Of a stretch of DNA of 32,000 nucleotides, positions 16,959 to 25,508 are shown one piece after another. Origin of the DNA: Desulfobulbus propionicus DSM 2032 (GTDB lineage: Bacteria > Desulfobacterota > Desulfobulbia > Desulfobulbales > Desulfobulbaceae); contig NC_014972.1 of the NCBI RefSeq assembly GCF_000186885.1, positions 3,660,001 through 3,692,000 of the forward strand, read 5' to 3'. Position numbers and translations under genes: made by a program. The notes beneath the pieces are model-generated. The model searched no databases, was not told the origin of the DNA, and was given only the letters and a program-made list of their open reading frames with translations. How positions within the stretch are numbered: position 1 is the stretch's first letter; each line of letters opens with the position of its first letter.

Positions 16959-17765
16959 ATGAAATCCCTTGCCCCAAAACAGCTTGCGGATCGTTTCGCT
17001 GCCGCCGCCGTTGCCGTGCGGACGGCAAGACATGCCGTGGCCCTGACCGGCGCCGGCATCTCGGTGGGCAGCGGCATCCCTGATTTCCGCAGCCCCGGGG
17101 GCTTATGGACCGTGTTCTCGCCGGAAGAGTATGCCACTCTCGATGTTTTTTACCGCAACCCGGCCAAGGCCTGGGAACTCTTCCGCGCCCTGGGGAAAGT
17201 TCTGATCGGGAAAAAACCCAACGCCGCCCACCTGGCCCTGGCCGAACTGGAACAGCATGGCTGGCTTCAGGGAGTGATTACCCAGAACATCGACAACCTT
17301 CATCAGCAGGCCGGCAGCCGCCGGGTGTTCGAGATCCACGGCGAACACCAGCACTTGCAATGTCTGCATTGCGGCGACCTGCGTCCCATTGAGCCTGAGC
17401 TGTACCAATGTCCCGATGTGCCGCTCTGCCCGCACTGTTCGTTTCCCCTCAAACCGAACGTGGTGCTGTTCGGCGAATCGGTGCGCGAGCTTGAGGCCAT
17501 CCACGAATTCGTCGCCGACTGCGATCTGTTGCTGGTGATCGGCACCTCGACCCAAGTCTATCCGGCAGCCGCTCTTCCCGCCATGGTCCAACAAAACGGC
17601 GGCCGGATCATCGAATGCAACCGGGAACCGGCGCTATCCTCCACCAGTTCCGGCCGCTTCACCGATTTGTTTCTCCAGGGCGATGTCCTCCACACCCTGC
17701 CGGTGCTGGTCGATGCCTGCCGCCACCCGTGCGTGCCCCCCGGCCCTGACCGCCTGGCTGAGTAA
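16959..17765 (+). CDS. cobB: NAD-dependent protein deacylase, Sir2 family (sirtuin)
   Basis: Has GAGISVGSGIPDFRS, QNIDNLH, EIHG and GTS..V.PAA, plus the Zn module CLHCG...CPHC. Confidence 0.9.
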   Translation: MKSLAPKQLADRFAAAAVAVRTARHAVALTGAGISVGSGIPDFRSPGGLWTVFSPEEYATLDVFYRNPAKAWELFRALGKVLIGKKPNAAHLALAELEQHGWLQGVITQNIDNLHQQAGSRRVFEIHGEHQHLQCLHCGDLRPIEPELYQCPDVPLCPHCSFPLKPNVVLFGESVRELEAIHEFVADCDLLLVIGTSTQVYPAAALPAMVQQNGGRIIECNREPALSSTSSGRFTDLFLQGDVLHTLPVLVDACRHPCVPPGPDRLAE

Positions 17766-17852
17766 TGCTTGCCTTTTCACGCAATATGCTGTAGAAAGGC
17801 GTTTTCGTAGCCACGCGTTATTTTTCTTCAACGTTTTGAATAGTCCACGGTT

Positions 17853-17880
17853 GCCTGGCCAAATTGGTCAGGCGTTTTTT
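17853..17880 (+). terminator. rho-independent terminator downstream of cobB
   Basis: The 8-bp stem GCCTGGCC / GGTCAGGC (one G-U pair) has loop AAATT and is followed by TTTTTT (17875-17880). It lies 88 nt after the cobB stop. Confidence 0.7.
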
Positions 17881-18068
17881 GTTGTAGTCGACCGCTCGCC
17901 TTTTTCCCGCTTATTTTTCACAGCATAGAAACTGGAACGGTCAGGTTTGACAGGCAGGCTCTTACTTTCCGGATGGGGCATCTGTTAACGGACAACAGGG
18001 ACAGAGGCCGCAAGGCCGAATCCACCCCAGGATAGCTCAAGACATAGCCGCTCGTGAGGAGTCGCCCG

Positions 18069-19727
18069 ATGACCACCGCAACCTTTGCCCGCTTTGGCCT
18101 GCATCCCGATTTGGTGCAGACCGTAACCGAACTCGGTTTTACCGATCCCACCCCCATTCAACAGGCCGCCATTCCGCTGCTGCTCGAAGGCCGCGACCTG
18201 ATCGGCCAGGCCCAGACCGGCACCGGCAAAACCGCTGCCTTTGGCCTCCCGCTGCTGCAACGGATCACACCCCGCCAACAGGGGGTCCAGGCCCTGGTCC
18301 TGGCGCCCACCCGTGAGTTGGCCATCCAGGTGGCCGAGGCCATCCAGCGATACGGCCAGCAGCGGGGGATTACCGTGCTGGCTGTGTATGGCGGCCAGGC
18401 CTATCAACAGCAGATCCGCAGTCTACGCCAGGGCGTCGAGGTGATCGTCGGCACCCCCGGCCGTCTGCTCGACCTCATGAATCAGGGCACGCTCGATCTG
18501 ACCACGGTGCGGACCGTGGTTCTTGACGAGGCCGACGAGATGCTGAGCATGGGTTTTGTCGAGGATATCGAATTGATCCTCGACCGCATTCCCGCCGAAC
18601 GTCAGACCATGCTCTTTTCCGCCACCATCTCCAAGCGGGTCCTGGGCCTGTCCGCCCGCTACCTGCGCGACCCGGAAACAGTGTCCATCACCCCCAAGCA
18701 GTTGACCGGCGCCACCATCGAACAGCGCTATTACCTGGTCAACCAGCAGGACAAGGTGGCGGCCCTGACCCGACTGTTCGAAATGGAGACCATCGATAGC
18801 GCCCTGATCTTCACCCGCACCCGAATTGGAACCGGCGAATTAGCCAACCAACTGACTTCACGAGGTTTCCCAGCCGAAGCTCTCAACGGTGACCTCAGCC
18901 AGGATGCCCGTATCCAGGTGTTGAACCGGTTTCGCAACGGCCAGGTCAAGGTCCTGGTGGCCACCGACGTGGCCGCACGCGGTCTGGACATCGACGACAT
19001 CTCCCACGTGTTCAACTTCGATCTGCCCGACGACCCCGAGGTCTATGTCCACCGGGTGGGTCGTACCGGTCGGGCTGGCCGGGAAGGGATCGCCATCTCC
19101 CTCCTCACCCCCAAGGACCGGTGGATTCTCCGCCGGATCGAGGACTATGCCCGCTACAAGCTGACCCGGGCCGAACTGCCGACCATCCAGCAGATCGAGA
19201 ACCATCGCCAGGCCCTGCTGATGGAGCAGTTGGAGGTGTGGATTCGCCGGGGCCGTTGCCGCCGGGAACGGGAAGTGGTGGAGATGCTGCTGCAAACCGG
19301 CCACCAGGCCGAGGATATCGCCGCCGCCGCCCTCAAGCTGGCCCGGGGCGAGGAAAAAAAACGGCCCATCGATCCGATCACGCCGATCAAGGAAGAGCAG
19401 TTCAATCCGCGTGAGCGCAAGAATGATCGCTTCCCACGTCGTGGCGGTCAGGCCGGGACAGGACCAGGGGGGCGACGGGGACACGACCGCGACAGGGACA
19501 TGGTGCCGCTCAGGCTCAATGTCGGCCGGGCCGATGGGGTTGGCGTCAACCATGTGGTGGCCTCGCTGGCCCATTATTCCGGGGTCGCTGCCGTTCAATT
19601 GGGCAAGATCCGGTTGGAAGCGGACCATACCTTGGTCGATGTGCCGGAGCCATTGGTCGGTCGCCTGCTTTCAAAAAACGGTGCGTACCGGATCGGCCGG
19701 CGCGCGGTGAACCTGGAGCGGGCCTGA
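18069..19727 (+). CDS. deaD: DEAD-box ATP-dependent RNA helicase with DbpA-type C-terminal RNA-binding domain (DeaD/CsdA-like)
   Basis: ATG 18069 has GAGGAG upstream. Q-motif region plus AQTGTGKT, PTRELA, DEAD, SAT and HRVGRTGRAG. An Arg/Gly-rich linker precedes the C-terminal VPLRLNVGRADGV...LVDVP DbpA-like domain. Confidence 0.93.
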   Translation: MTTATFARFGLHPDLVQTVTELGFTDPTPIQQAAIPLLLEGRDLIGQAQTGTGKTAAFGLPLLQRITPRQQGVQALVLAPTRELAIQVAEAIQRYGQQRGITVLAVYGGQAYQQQIRSLRQGVEVIVGTPGRLLDLMNQGTLDLTTVRTVVLDEADEMLSMGFVEDIELILDRIPAERQTMLFSATISKRVLGLSARYLRDPETVSITPKQLTGATIEQRYYLVNQQDKVAALTRLFEMETIDSALIFTRTRIGTGELANQLTSRGFPAEALNGDLSQDARIQVLNRFRNGQVKVLVATDVAARGLDIDDISHVFNFDLPDDPEVYVHRVGRTGRAGREGIAISLLTPKDRWILRRIEDYARYKLTRAELPTIQQIENHRQALLMEQLEVWIRRGRCRREREVVEMLLQTGHQAEDIAAAALKLARGEEKKRPIDPITPIKEEQFNPRERKNDRFPRRGGQAGTGPGGRRGHDRDRDMVPLRLNVGRADGVGVNHVVASLAHYSGVAAVQLGKIRLEADHTLVDVPEPLVGRLLSKNGAYRIGRRAVNLERA

Positions 19728-19779
19728 ACCGCGCCTCCTTTCGACCATGGGGCCTCGTCGGTTGTCGCCTGGGTGACCA

Positions 19780-19823
19780 AGCATGGTTCCCGAGCGGGAG
19801 AATGACGAGACCATGCTTTTTTT
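19780..19823 (+). terminator. rho-independent terminator downstream of the helicase gene
   Basis: The 8-bp stem AGCATGGT (19780-19787) / ACCATGCT (19810-19817) encloses a structured loop (TCCC-GAGC-GGGA) and runs into a T7 tract (19817-19823). Confidence 0.65.
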
Positions 19824-19897
19824 CTGGTCATCGACCAGTGATCGCGCTATGGTAGTGCCCCAAAATTTCAACCGTCTCCCGCGCCACGAGGTGAACT

Positions 19898-20128
19898 ATG
19901 ACTCTCATGATCGGTATTCATCAGCATCAGGATAAGGTGGAAAAGCTCTACGAGAACATGGGACTGCACGCCGCGGAACTGACTGCGGTCGGTCCCTTTG
20001 CCTCCAAGCAAGAGGCTTTGGCCTGGCAGTTGGACATGCGGAACAAGATCGAGGATTGTCACATCATCGAACCTGCCGGATTGGAGTCTGAAGAAGTTCC
20101 CTGGTATGGCTTCTCCTTTGAAAAATAA
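19898..20128 (+). CDS. hypothetical small protein (76 aa)
   Basis: ATG is preceded by GAGGTG (19888-19893). The sequence is acidic and soluble-looking, with no motif recognised. It is bracketed by terminator-like hairpins on both sides, suggesting its own transcription unit. Confidence 0.5.
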   Translation: MTLMIGIHQHQDKVEKLYENMGLHAAELTAVGPFASKQEALAWQLDMRNKIEDCHIIEPAGLESEEVPWYGFSFEK

Positions 20129-20139
20129 TCCGCGCCAAC

Positions 20140-20175
20140 AAGGGGCCTGCGATGTCGATCGACGATCCCCCTTTT
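20140..20175 (+). terminator. possible terminator hairpin after the 76-aa ORF
   Basis: AAGGGG (20140-20145) pairs with CCCCTT (20068 numbering offset corrected: 20068 not used; pairing partner is 20168-20173), followed by TT. The ~22-nt loop contains the perfect 10-bp palindrome GTCGATCGAC (20154-20163). The large loop and short U tract keep confidence low. Confidence 0.3.
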
Positions 20176-20532
20176 GAACCAAGCAGGTTCACGCCGCTTG
20201 ATGCTCCCTCCATGCCCGCGTCGCCGGGGATGAAGGGGGCGTGGCGCTGTTCAGCTGTTTCTGCATTCTCCTCCCCGCTTTTCCTCGCTCTTCCCTCCTG
20301 GAGAGCGACTTGTTTCCCAGTGCTGCTCTTTCTGGGCACGCCGCCCGGTTTACCGGTTTAATCCCCGTTTCCTGTTCTCATGGGCCTGTTTTTTCCCTTG
20401 TCGGTGACGCATGCTGTCGTGGAGCTTCATGCCCCATGCTCGGCCTGCCTCATTCCTGGGAAAAAACCGTTTCTGTCGGCCGCCCCCGCGATCGACCGAA
20501 CTTTCCTTATCCTCTCTCGCAGGTAACTCCCG

Positions 20533-22488
20533 ATGGATATTCTGCTGCTGACCCTGCCCGTTCTCCTGGCCAGTGGTCTTGCCCCGCTCCTGACCGCCCG
20601 CTGGTTTCGTTGCTGCAAAGCCTTGCACACCACTCTCCTGAGCGCCGGTTGTCTCGGTGGCCTGTACAGCCTGTTCACCTTCTGGCAACACCCCGCGACC
20701 GCCACTTTTTCCTGTTCCTGGCTGCACACCTTTACCCTCTCCTTTGCCCTCGATTCGCTCGGGGCGGTCTTTCTGCTGCCCGTTTTCCTGCTCGTGCCGG
20801 TCATCTCCCTGTACGGCTACCATTACCTTGATCAGGCCACTCATTTCCGGCGAACAGCTCTCAGCCATTTCTTTTTCAGCCTGCTGACAATCGCCATGAT
20901 CCTGGTCACCCTTGCCGACAACATGGTGACCTTTGCCCTGGCGTGGGAATTGATGTCCCTTTCGTCTTTTGCCCTGGTGATGCATGACTGGGAAAAGGAG
21001 CAAACCCAGAGTGCCGGATATCTCTACCTGCTCTTCACCCAAACCGGCGCGCTCTGCATTTTCGCGGCCTTCGGCCTTGTGTTCCAGGCGACCGGTTCGC
21101 TTGCCTTTGCCCAGATGAGCTCCATCCCCCCAGGCATCAAACTCGCGGTCTTTTGCCTCACCTTGGCGGGGTTTGGCTCCAAGGCCGGCCTGTTTCCCCT
21201 CCATGTCTGGCTTCCCCATGCCCATCCGGCCGCTCCCAGCCATGTCTCGGCCCTGATGTCCGGGGTGATGATCAAGATGGGGATTTATGGCCTTGTTCGC
21301 TTCTATTTCCTCCTGGACAGCCCAACGCCGATTTTTGCCCGGACCATTCTCGTGCTCGGCATGATCTCCGGCCTGCTCGGCGTGGTGTACGCCCTCGGCA
21401 AACACGATCTCAAACGGCTCTTGGCCTACCACAGCATCGAAAACATCGGCATCATTCTTATCGGCTGCGGCCTGGGCATGCTGGGACTTGCCTCGGGCAA
21501 CCGGATCATGGCCGCCTTCGGGTTTGCCGGAGGCATACTGCACGTGCTCAATCACGCCCTGTTCAAATCCCTGCTTTTTCTCGGCGCCGGGTCCATTCTC
21601 CAGGCCACCGGTCTCCGCCATCTTGACCAGTTGGGCGGGCTGATGCGCACCATGCCGGTCACCGGCCGCACCTTTCTCACCGGCGCGGTGGCGATTTCCG
21701 GACTGCCTCCTCTGAACGGCTTCATCAGTGAATTTCTCATCTACTACGCCGCGTTTCAGGGGCTGGTATTGGGCGGCACCGACTTTCTCTTCTCCATGGC
21801 CGCGATCATCTCGTTGGCGCTCATCGGCGGCTTGGCCGCGGGCTGCTTCACCAAGGTCGTGGGGATTGTCCTGCTCGGCGAACCGCGCCACACCCACGGC
21901 CGAGAACAAGGCGATGCCGCCTTGTCCATGCGCGCGGCCATGGTCTTCCTCGCCCTCGTCTGCGTTCTCATTGGCCTGTGGCCGGAACCCTTTGTCCGTT
22001 TTGCCTTTGCAGGACTGGCCAGCCTCAAACCCTTTACAGCTATCCCGGGAGAGGTCAGCGGCACCATCGCGCACCATCTTGCCGTGGCCGGCCGTCTCTT
22101 TCTCGGACTGCTGATTGTCCTCATGGGGTGCCGTTGGCTATTGTACCGGAACAAGCCCGTCAGCCAAAGCGGCACCTGGGGCTGCGGCTTTACCCAGGCA
22201 ACCAGCCGCATCCAATACACCGGCACATCCTATGCCCGGAGCCTGGTCGAATTTCATCGCCCTTTGGTCAGGGTGCGGACCACCTACCCAGGCCTTGGCA
22301 AAATCTTCCCCGGCAGCGTCGCCTATGTCAGCAAAGTCGAGGATGTGGCCGAACTCGGTCTCCATTGCCTCCTCATCCGGCCACTGCTCAAGGGTGTGGA
22401 AAAACTGCGCTGGATTCAGCACGGCCACATTCAACTCTACATTGGCTATATTGTCCTCACCATCGCTGTCCTCCTGCTGGTGGTCTAA
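20533..22488 (+). CDS. ehrA: antiporter-like membrane subunit (NuoL / HyfB / HycC-like, proton-conducting transporter family) of an Ehr-type complex
   Basis: 651 aa and highly hydrophobic. Has the family core WELMSLSSF, GFGSKAGLFPLHVWLPHAHPAAPSHVSALMSGVMIKMG, LLAYHSIENIG and HALFKSLLFLGAGS. AGGTAA RBS precedes ATG 20533. The symbol follows my recollection of Geobacter 'Ech-hydrogenase-related' annotation, not a search. Confidence 0.88.
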   Translation: MDILLLTLPVLLASGLAPLLTARWFRCCKALHTTLLSAGCLGGLYSLFTFWQHPATATFSCSWLHTFTLSFALDSLGAVFLLPVFLLVPVISLYGYHYLDQATHFRRTALSHFFFSLLTIAMILVTLADNMVTFALAWELMSLSSFALVMHDWEKEQTQSAGYLYLLFTQTGALCIFAAFGLVFQATGSLAFAQMSSIPPGIKLAVFCLTLAGFGSKAGLFPLHVWLPHAHPAAPSHVSALMSGVMIKMGIYGLVRFYFLLDSPTPIFARTILVLGMISGLLGVVYALGKHDLKRLLAYHSIENIGIILIGCGLGMLGLASGNRIMAAFGFAGGILHVLNHALFKSLLFLGAGSILQATGLRHLDQLGGLMRTMPVTGRTFLTGAVAISGLPPLNGFISEFLIYYAAFQGLVLGGTDFLFSMAAIISLALIGGLAAGCFTKVVGIVLLGEPRHTHGREQGDAALSMRAAMVFLALVCVLIGLWPEPFVRFAFAGLASLKPFTAIPGEVSGTIAHHLAVAGRLFLGLLIVLMGCRWLLYRNKPVSQSGTWGCGFTQATSRIQYTGTSYARSLVEFHRPLVRVRTTYPGLGKIFPGSVAYVSKVEDVAELGLHCLLIRPLLKGVEKLRWIQHGHIQLYIGYIVLTIAVLLLVV

Positions 22489-22508
22489 GCCCATTCAAGG
22501 TCGCTGAT

Positions 22509-23423
22509 ATGGAATCCCTGTTCTCTTTTTTCCTGGCACTGCTGGTGGCGCCCCTGTTTCCCGGCATCATCCTCAAAACCAAGGCCTTGTTCGCCGGCAA
22601 AAAAGGGCCGCCGCTTCTGATCAAATACTACACCTTGGCAAAACTGCTGCGAAAAGGATCGGTCTACAGCACCAGCACCAGTTTTGTCTTTCGCCTCGGC
22701 CCCCCGATTGCCTGCGCCACCTCGCTCATGGCCCTGCTGTTCTTTCCCTTTGCCGGCATTCCGCCGCTGATCGCCTTCCATGGCGACGTGATCGTCCTGT
22801 TTTATCTTCTTGGTCTGGGAAGATTTTTTACCATCGTCGCCGCCCTGGACACGGCCTCGCCCTTTGAAGGCATGGGCGCGGCCCGCGAGGCCTTTTTCTC
22901 CACCCTTGCGGAAGGGACGATCTTTGTCATTCTGATTCTTTTTTTCCGCATGAGCGGCTCGCTCAGCCTGGCCGGATATTTCTCGGGCAGCCCTTCGATC
23001 TCGATTGCCGGCCCCCAGGGCGCCCTGCTGTTGCTGGTCATCGTGGCCTTATTCATGGTTCTGCTGGCCGAGAACTCGCGCGTGCCGGTGGACGATCCGG
23101 CGACCCATCTGGAACTGACCATGATCCACGAGGTGATGATCCTCGATCACAGCGGCCCTGACCTGGCTCTGATCGAACTGGGGGCCTTCTACAAGCTGTT
23201 CTTTTACGCCTCCTTTGTCGCCTGCCTGATCAAGCCGCTGTTCCCGGCCGGGCCGATCGTCAACACCCTGCTGTTTTACGGACTGCTGACCGCGGTCTAC
23301 CTGGCCATCGGCATTACCGAGTCAATCACTGCCCGGTTGAAGATGAACCTGGTTCCCAAGTACATCCTGACTTCCTTTGCCCTGGCCTTTTTCGCCATCA
23401 TCCTCACCATGGAGCTTGTGTGA
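22509..23423 (+). CDS. ehrB: NuoH / HyfC / HycD-like membrane subunit
   Basis: 304 aa from ATG 22509. Has the typical pattern: GPPLLIKYYTLAKLLRKG near the N-terminus, ASPFEGMGAAREA, and LAENSRVPVDDPATHLELTMIHEVMILDHSG (the NuoH/HycD cytoplasmic loop motif). The ORF-track extension back to 21978 overlaps ehrA and is rejected. Confidence 0.88.
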   Translation: MESLFSFFLALLVAPLFPGIILKTKALFAGKKGPPLLIKYYTLAKLLRKGSVYSTSTSFVFRLGPPIACATSLMALLFFPFAGIPPLIAFHGDVIVLFYLLGLGRFFTIVAALDTASPFEGMGAAREAFFSTLAEGTIFVILILFFRMSGSLSLAGYFSGSPSISIAGPQGALLLLVIVALFMVLLAENSRVPVDDPATHLELTMIHEVMILDHSGPDLALIELGAFYKLFFYASFVACLIKPLFPAGPIVNTLLFYGLLTAVYLAIGITESITARLKMNLVPKYILTSFALAFFAIILTMELV

Positions 23424-24076
23424 TGATCAACAGCACGGATGTCATCCTGGTCCTGATTCTCCTCTCGACCCTTCTGTCCCTGGGGTCCAGCCGCATGATG
23501 GCCCTGATCAAGATCATGGCCCTGCAGGGTGCCCTGGTTTCGCTCACCCCCATTTTCATTGAATCCCAGACGAAGTTGAGCAACAGCGGCATCCTCTTCT
23601 TCCAGCTGATGTTCCTGATCAAGGCCGTGCTCATACCCGGCCTGCTCTACATGGCCCTGACCCGAATCGCCATCAAGCGCGAGGTGGAGCCCCTGATCGG
23701 CTACCACGCCTCGCTCGCCGTGGGGCTCGGTCTCATCCTCCTTTCGACCTACATCACCCGCCATCTGGCGATCTCCCTCCAGGGCGATTATTTTCATCTG
23801 CTGATCACGGCGATCACCACTCTTGGCGGCGGCCTTTTTCTCATGATGAGCCGGACCAAGGCCCTCACCCAGGTCATCGGCTATCTGATGCTCGAAAACG
23901 GCATCTATCTGGTCGGCACCGCGCTCACCAAGCACCAGCACAACATCTATCTGGTCGAATTCGGCGTTCTGCTCGATCTGCTGGTCGGAGTGATGATCAT
24001 GGGCATCATCCTTCACAACATCAACCGTGCCTTTGACGACGTCGACACCACCTATCTCGAACAACTCAAGGATTGA
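23423..24076 (+). CDS. ehrC: HyfE-like small membrane subunit (NuoK-related)
   Basis: 217 aa with about 6-7 helices. GYLMLENGIYLVG resembles the NuoK/HyfE Glu-containing helix. ATG 23423 overlaps the ehrB stop codon by 1 nt (TGATG). Confidence 0.8.
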   Translation: MINSTDVILVLILLSTLLSLGSSRMMALIKIMALQGALVSLTPIFIESQTKLSNSGILFFQLMFLIKAVLIPGLLYMALTRIAIKREVEPLIGYHASLAVGLGLILLSTYITRHLAISLQGDYFHLLITAITTLGGGLFLMMSRTKALTQVIGYLMLENGIYLVGTALTKHQHNIYLVEFGVLLDLLVGVMIMGIILHNINRAFDDVDTTYLEQLKD

Positions 24077-24080
24077 TGCC

Positions 24081-25508
24081 ATGCTCGAATCCATTTTCTG
24101 TGTACCGCTGTTCACGGGTCTGATCGCCCTCTTTTTGCCGATCAAGCTGGGCCGAATCGTTCTGGTGGTCAGTGGCCTGCTCCATCTGCAGATGACCCTG
24201 CTCGCCTGGCTGACCTCCTTTACCCCCCTGCTGCCCGGTTATTTCGGCAGCGCCCCCTCCGGCATGCTGGTGCTGGTGGTCACGTCGTTCATCTTCCTGT
24301 GCATCGCTCCATACAGCGTGTTCTACATGCGTGAGCAGGAAATGCAGAGCGAACCGATCTTCATCGGCTGCATGCTGCTCTTTCTCGCGACCATGAGCAT
24401 GGCGGCCCTGGCCGAGCATCCGATCGTCTTCTGGATCGCTGTTGAAGCCACCACCCTGGTCAGCGCACCGCTGATCTTTATCAACCGTTCGAAAAAGGCC
24501 CTGGAGGCCACCTGGAAGTATGTGCTCATCTGTTCGGTGGGCATTGCCTTGGCCCTGCTCGGTTTCTTTTTCATCACCCTGTCCATGGAACAAGCCGATC
24601 TTGACGTGCCGCTAACCTTCTCCTCGCTCAACAGCGCCGCCCGCCAACTCGATCCGAGCTGGCTGAAGACCGGATTCATCTTCGTCCTCATCGGATTTGG
24701 CACCAAAATGGGTTTGGCGCCCATGCACACCTGGCTACCCGATGCCCACAGCGAGGCGCCCAGCCCTGCCTCGGCCCTGCTGTCTGGCGCGCTGCTCAAC
24801 TGTGCCTTCCTGGGCATCTACAAGGTGCACACCCTGATGGTCCTGGCCGGCTTGGGCGACTTCTCCGGATCGCTGCTCATCGGCTTCGGCTTGTTCTCCA
24901 TCCTGGTGGCCGGCATCTTTATCCTCAACCAGTCGGATTACAAACGGATGCTCGCCTATTCGAGCATCGAGAACATGGGCGTGATCGCCTTTGGCGTCGG
25001 CATCGGCGGCCTCGGCCTGTACGGGGCCATGCTCCATCTCATCCATCATTCGCTGCTCAAATCCTCGCTCTTTCTTTCCGCCGGCAATCTGGTGCTTGGC
25101 TTCGGCACCAAACTGGTGGCACGGTGCGGTGGCATGGTCAGCCTGCTGCCTCGAACCTTTGTCTCCTTTTTTGCCGGTTTTGTCGGCATCTCCGGATTGC
25201 CGCCCTTTGGCATCTTTCTCAGCGAATTGATGATCCTGCTCGGGGCCTTTCAAACCGGCCACCCCCTGGCTGCCGGGCTGTTCATCGCCACCCTGGTGCT
25301 GGTGCTCGCCGGTTTTGCCCGGATTGTCACCGCCATGTCCTTTAGCCCCCGCCAGGAAGAAGTTTTGGTCGAGGAGCAGACCCTGCGGATCATCCCGCCC
25401 CTTGCCCTGCTGCTGACTTCGGCCCTGCTCTGCGTCTGGATGCCCGAACCCCTTTTCCGGACCATCGTCAACACCATCGCGGTGATCGGAGGAACCATCC
25501 ATGGATAA
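24081..25508 (+). CDS. ehrD: antiporter-like membrane subunit (NuoN/NuoM / HyfF-like)
   Basis: 475 aa from ATG 24081, with AAGGA 8 nt upstream. Has WIAVEATTLVSA, GFGTKMGLAPMHTWLPDAHSEAPSPASALLSG, MLAYSSIENMG and HSLLKSSLFLSAGN. Confidence 0.88.
   Translation: MLESIFCVPLFTGLIALFLPIKLGRIVLVVSGLLHLQMTLLAWLTSFTPLLPGYFGSAPSGMLVLVVTSFIFLCIAPYSVFYMREQEMQSEPIFIGCMLLFLATMSMAALAEHPIVFWIAVEATTLVSAPLIFINRSKKALEATWKYVLICSVGIALALLGFFFITLSMEQADLDVPLTFSSLNSAARQLDPSWLKTGFIFVLIGFGTKMGLAPMHTWLPDAHSEAPSPASALLSGALLNCAFLGIYKVHTLMVLAGLGDFSGSLLIGFGLFSILVAGIFILNQSDYKRMLAYSSIENMGVIAFGVGIGGLGLYGAMLHLIHHSLLKSSLFLSAGNLVLGFGTKLVARCGGMVSLLPRTFVSFFAGFVGISGLPPFGIFLSELMILLGAFQTGHPLAAGLFIATLVLVLAGFARIVTAMSFSPRQEEVLVEEQTLRIIPPLALLLTSALLCVWMPEPLFRTIVNTIAVIGGTIHG

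Noticed and set aside
16959-17765. The Sir2-domain gene as an anti-phage defence component (Thoeris/DSR-like)
   Set aside because: It has classical sirtuin length and motifs, including the Zn-ribbon CxxC...CxxC. It has no fused or adjacent effector or sensor gene and no mobile-element context. It is best read as a housekeeping CobB-type deacylase.
20334-20350. GGGCACG-containing sequence upstream of ehrA, and other TGGC-like strings in intergenic regions, as sigma-54 promoters
   Set aside because: The -12 GC is absent at the required 12-nt register (CCGG instead of TTGC). Other candidates (20243, 15377, 10878, 17856) fail the same spacing test.
20350-22077. 575-aa minus-strand ORF, and the 196-aa plus-strand ORF at 20241-20831, overlapping ehrA and its leader
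   Set aside because: The translations are Gly/Arg/Glu/Pro-rich with no domain signatures. The overlapping plus-strand frame encodes an unmistakable NuoL/HyfB-like membrane protein.
21978-22508. N-terminal 177-aa extension of the ehrB ORF, with similar upstream extensions of ORFs at 2589-3533, 24027, 29409-30392 and 30523-31569
   Set aside because: The extensions overlap the preceding gene and are Pro/Arg-rich. Internal ATGs with RBS-like purine tracts align with the normal N-termini of the respective families.
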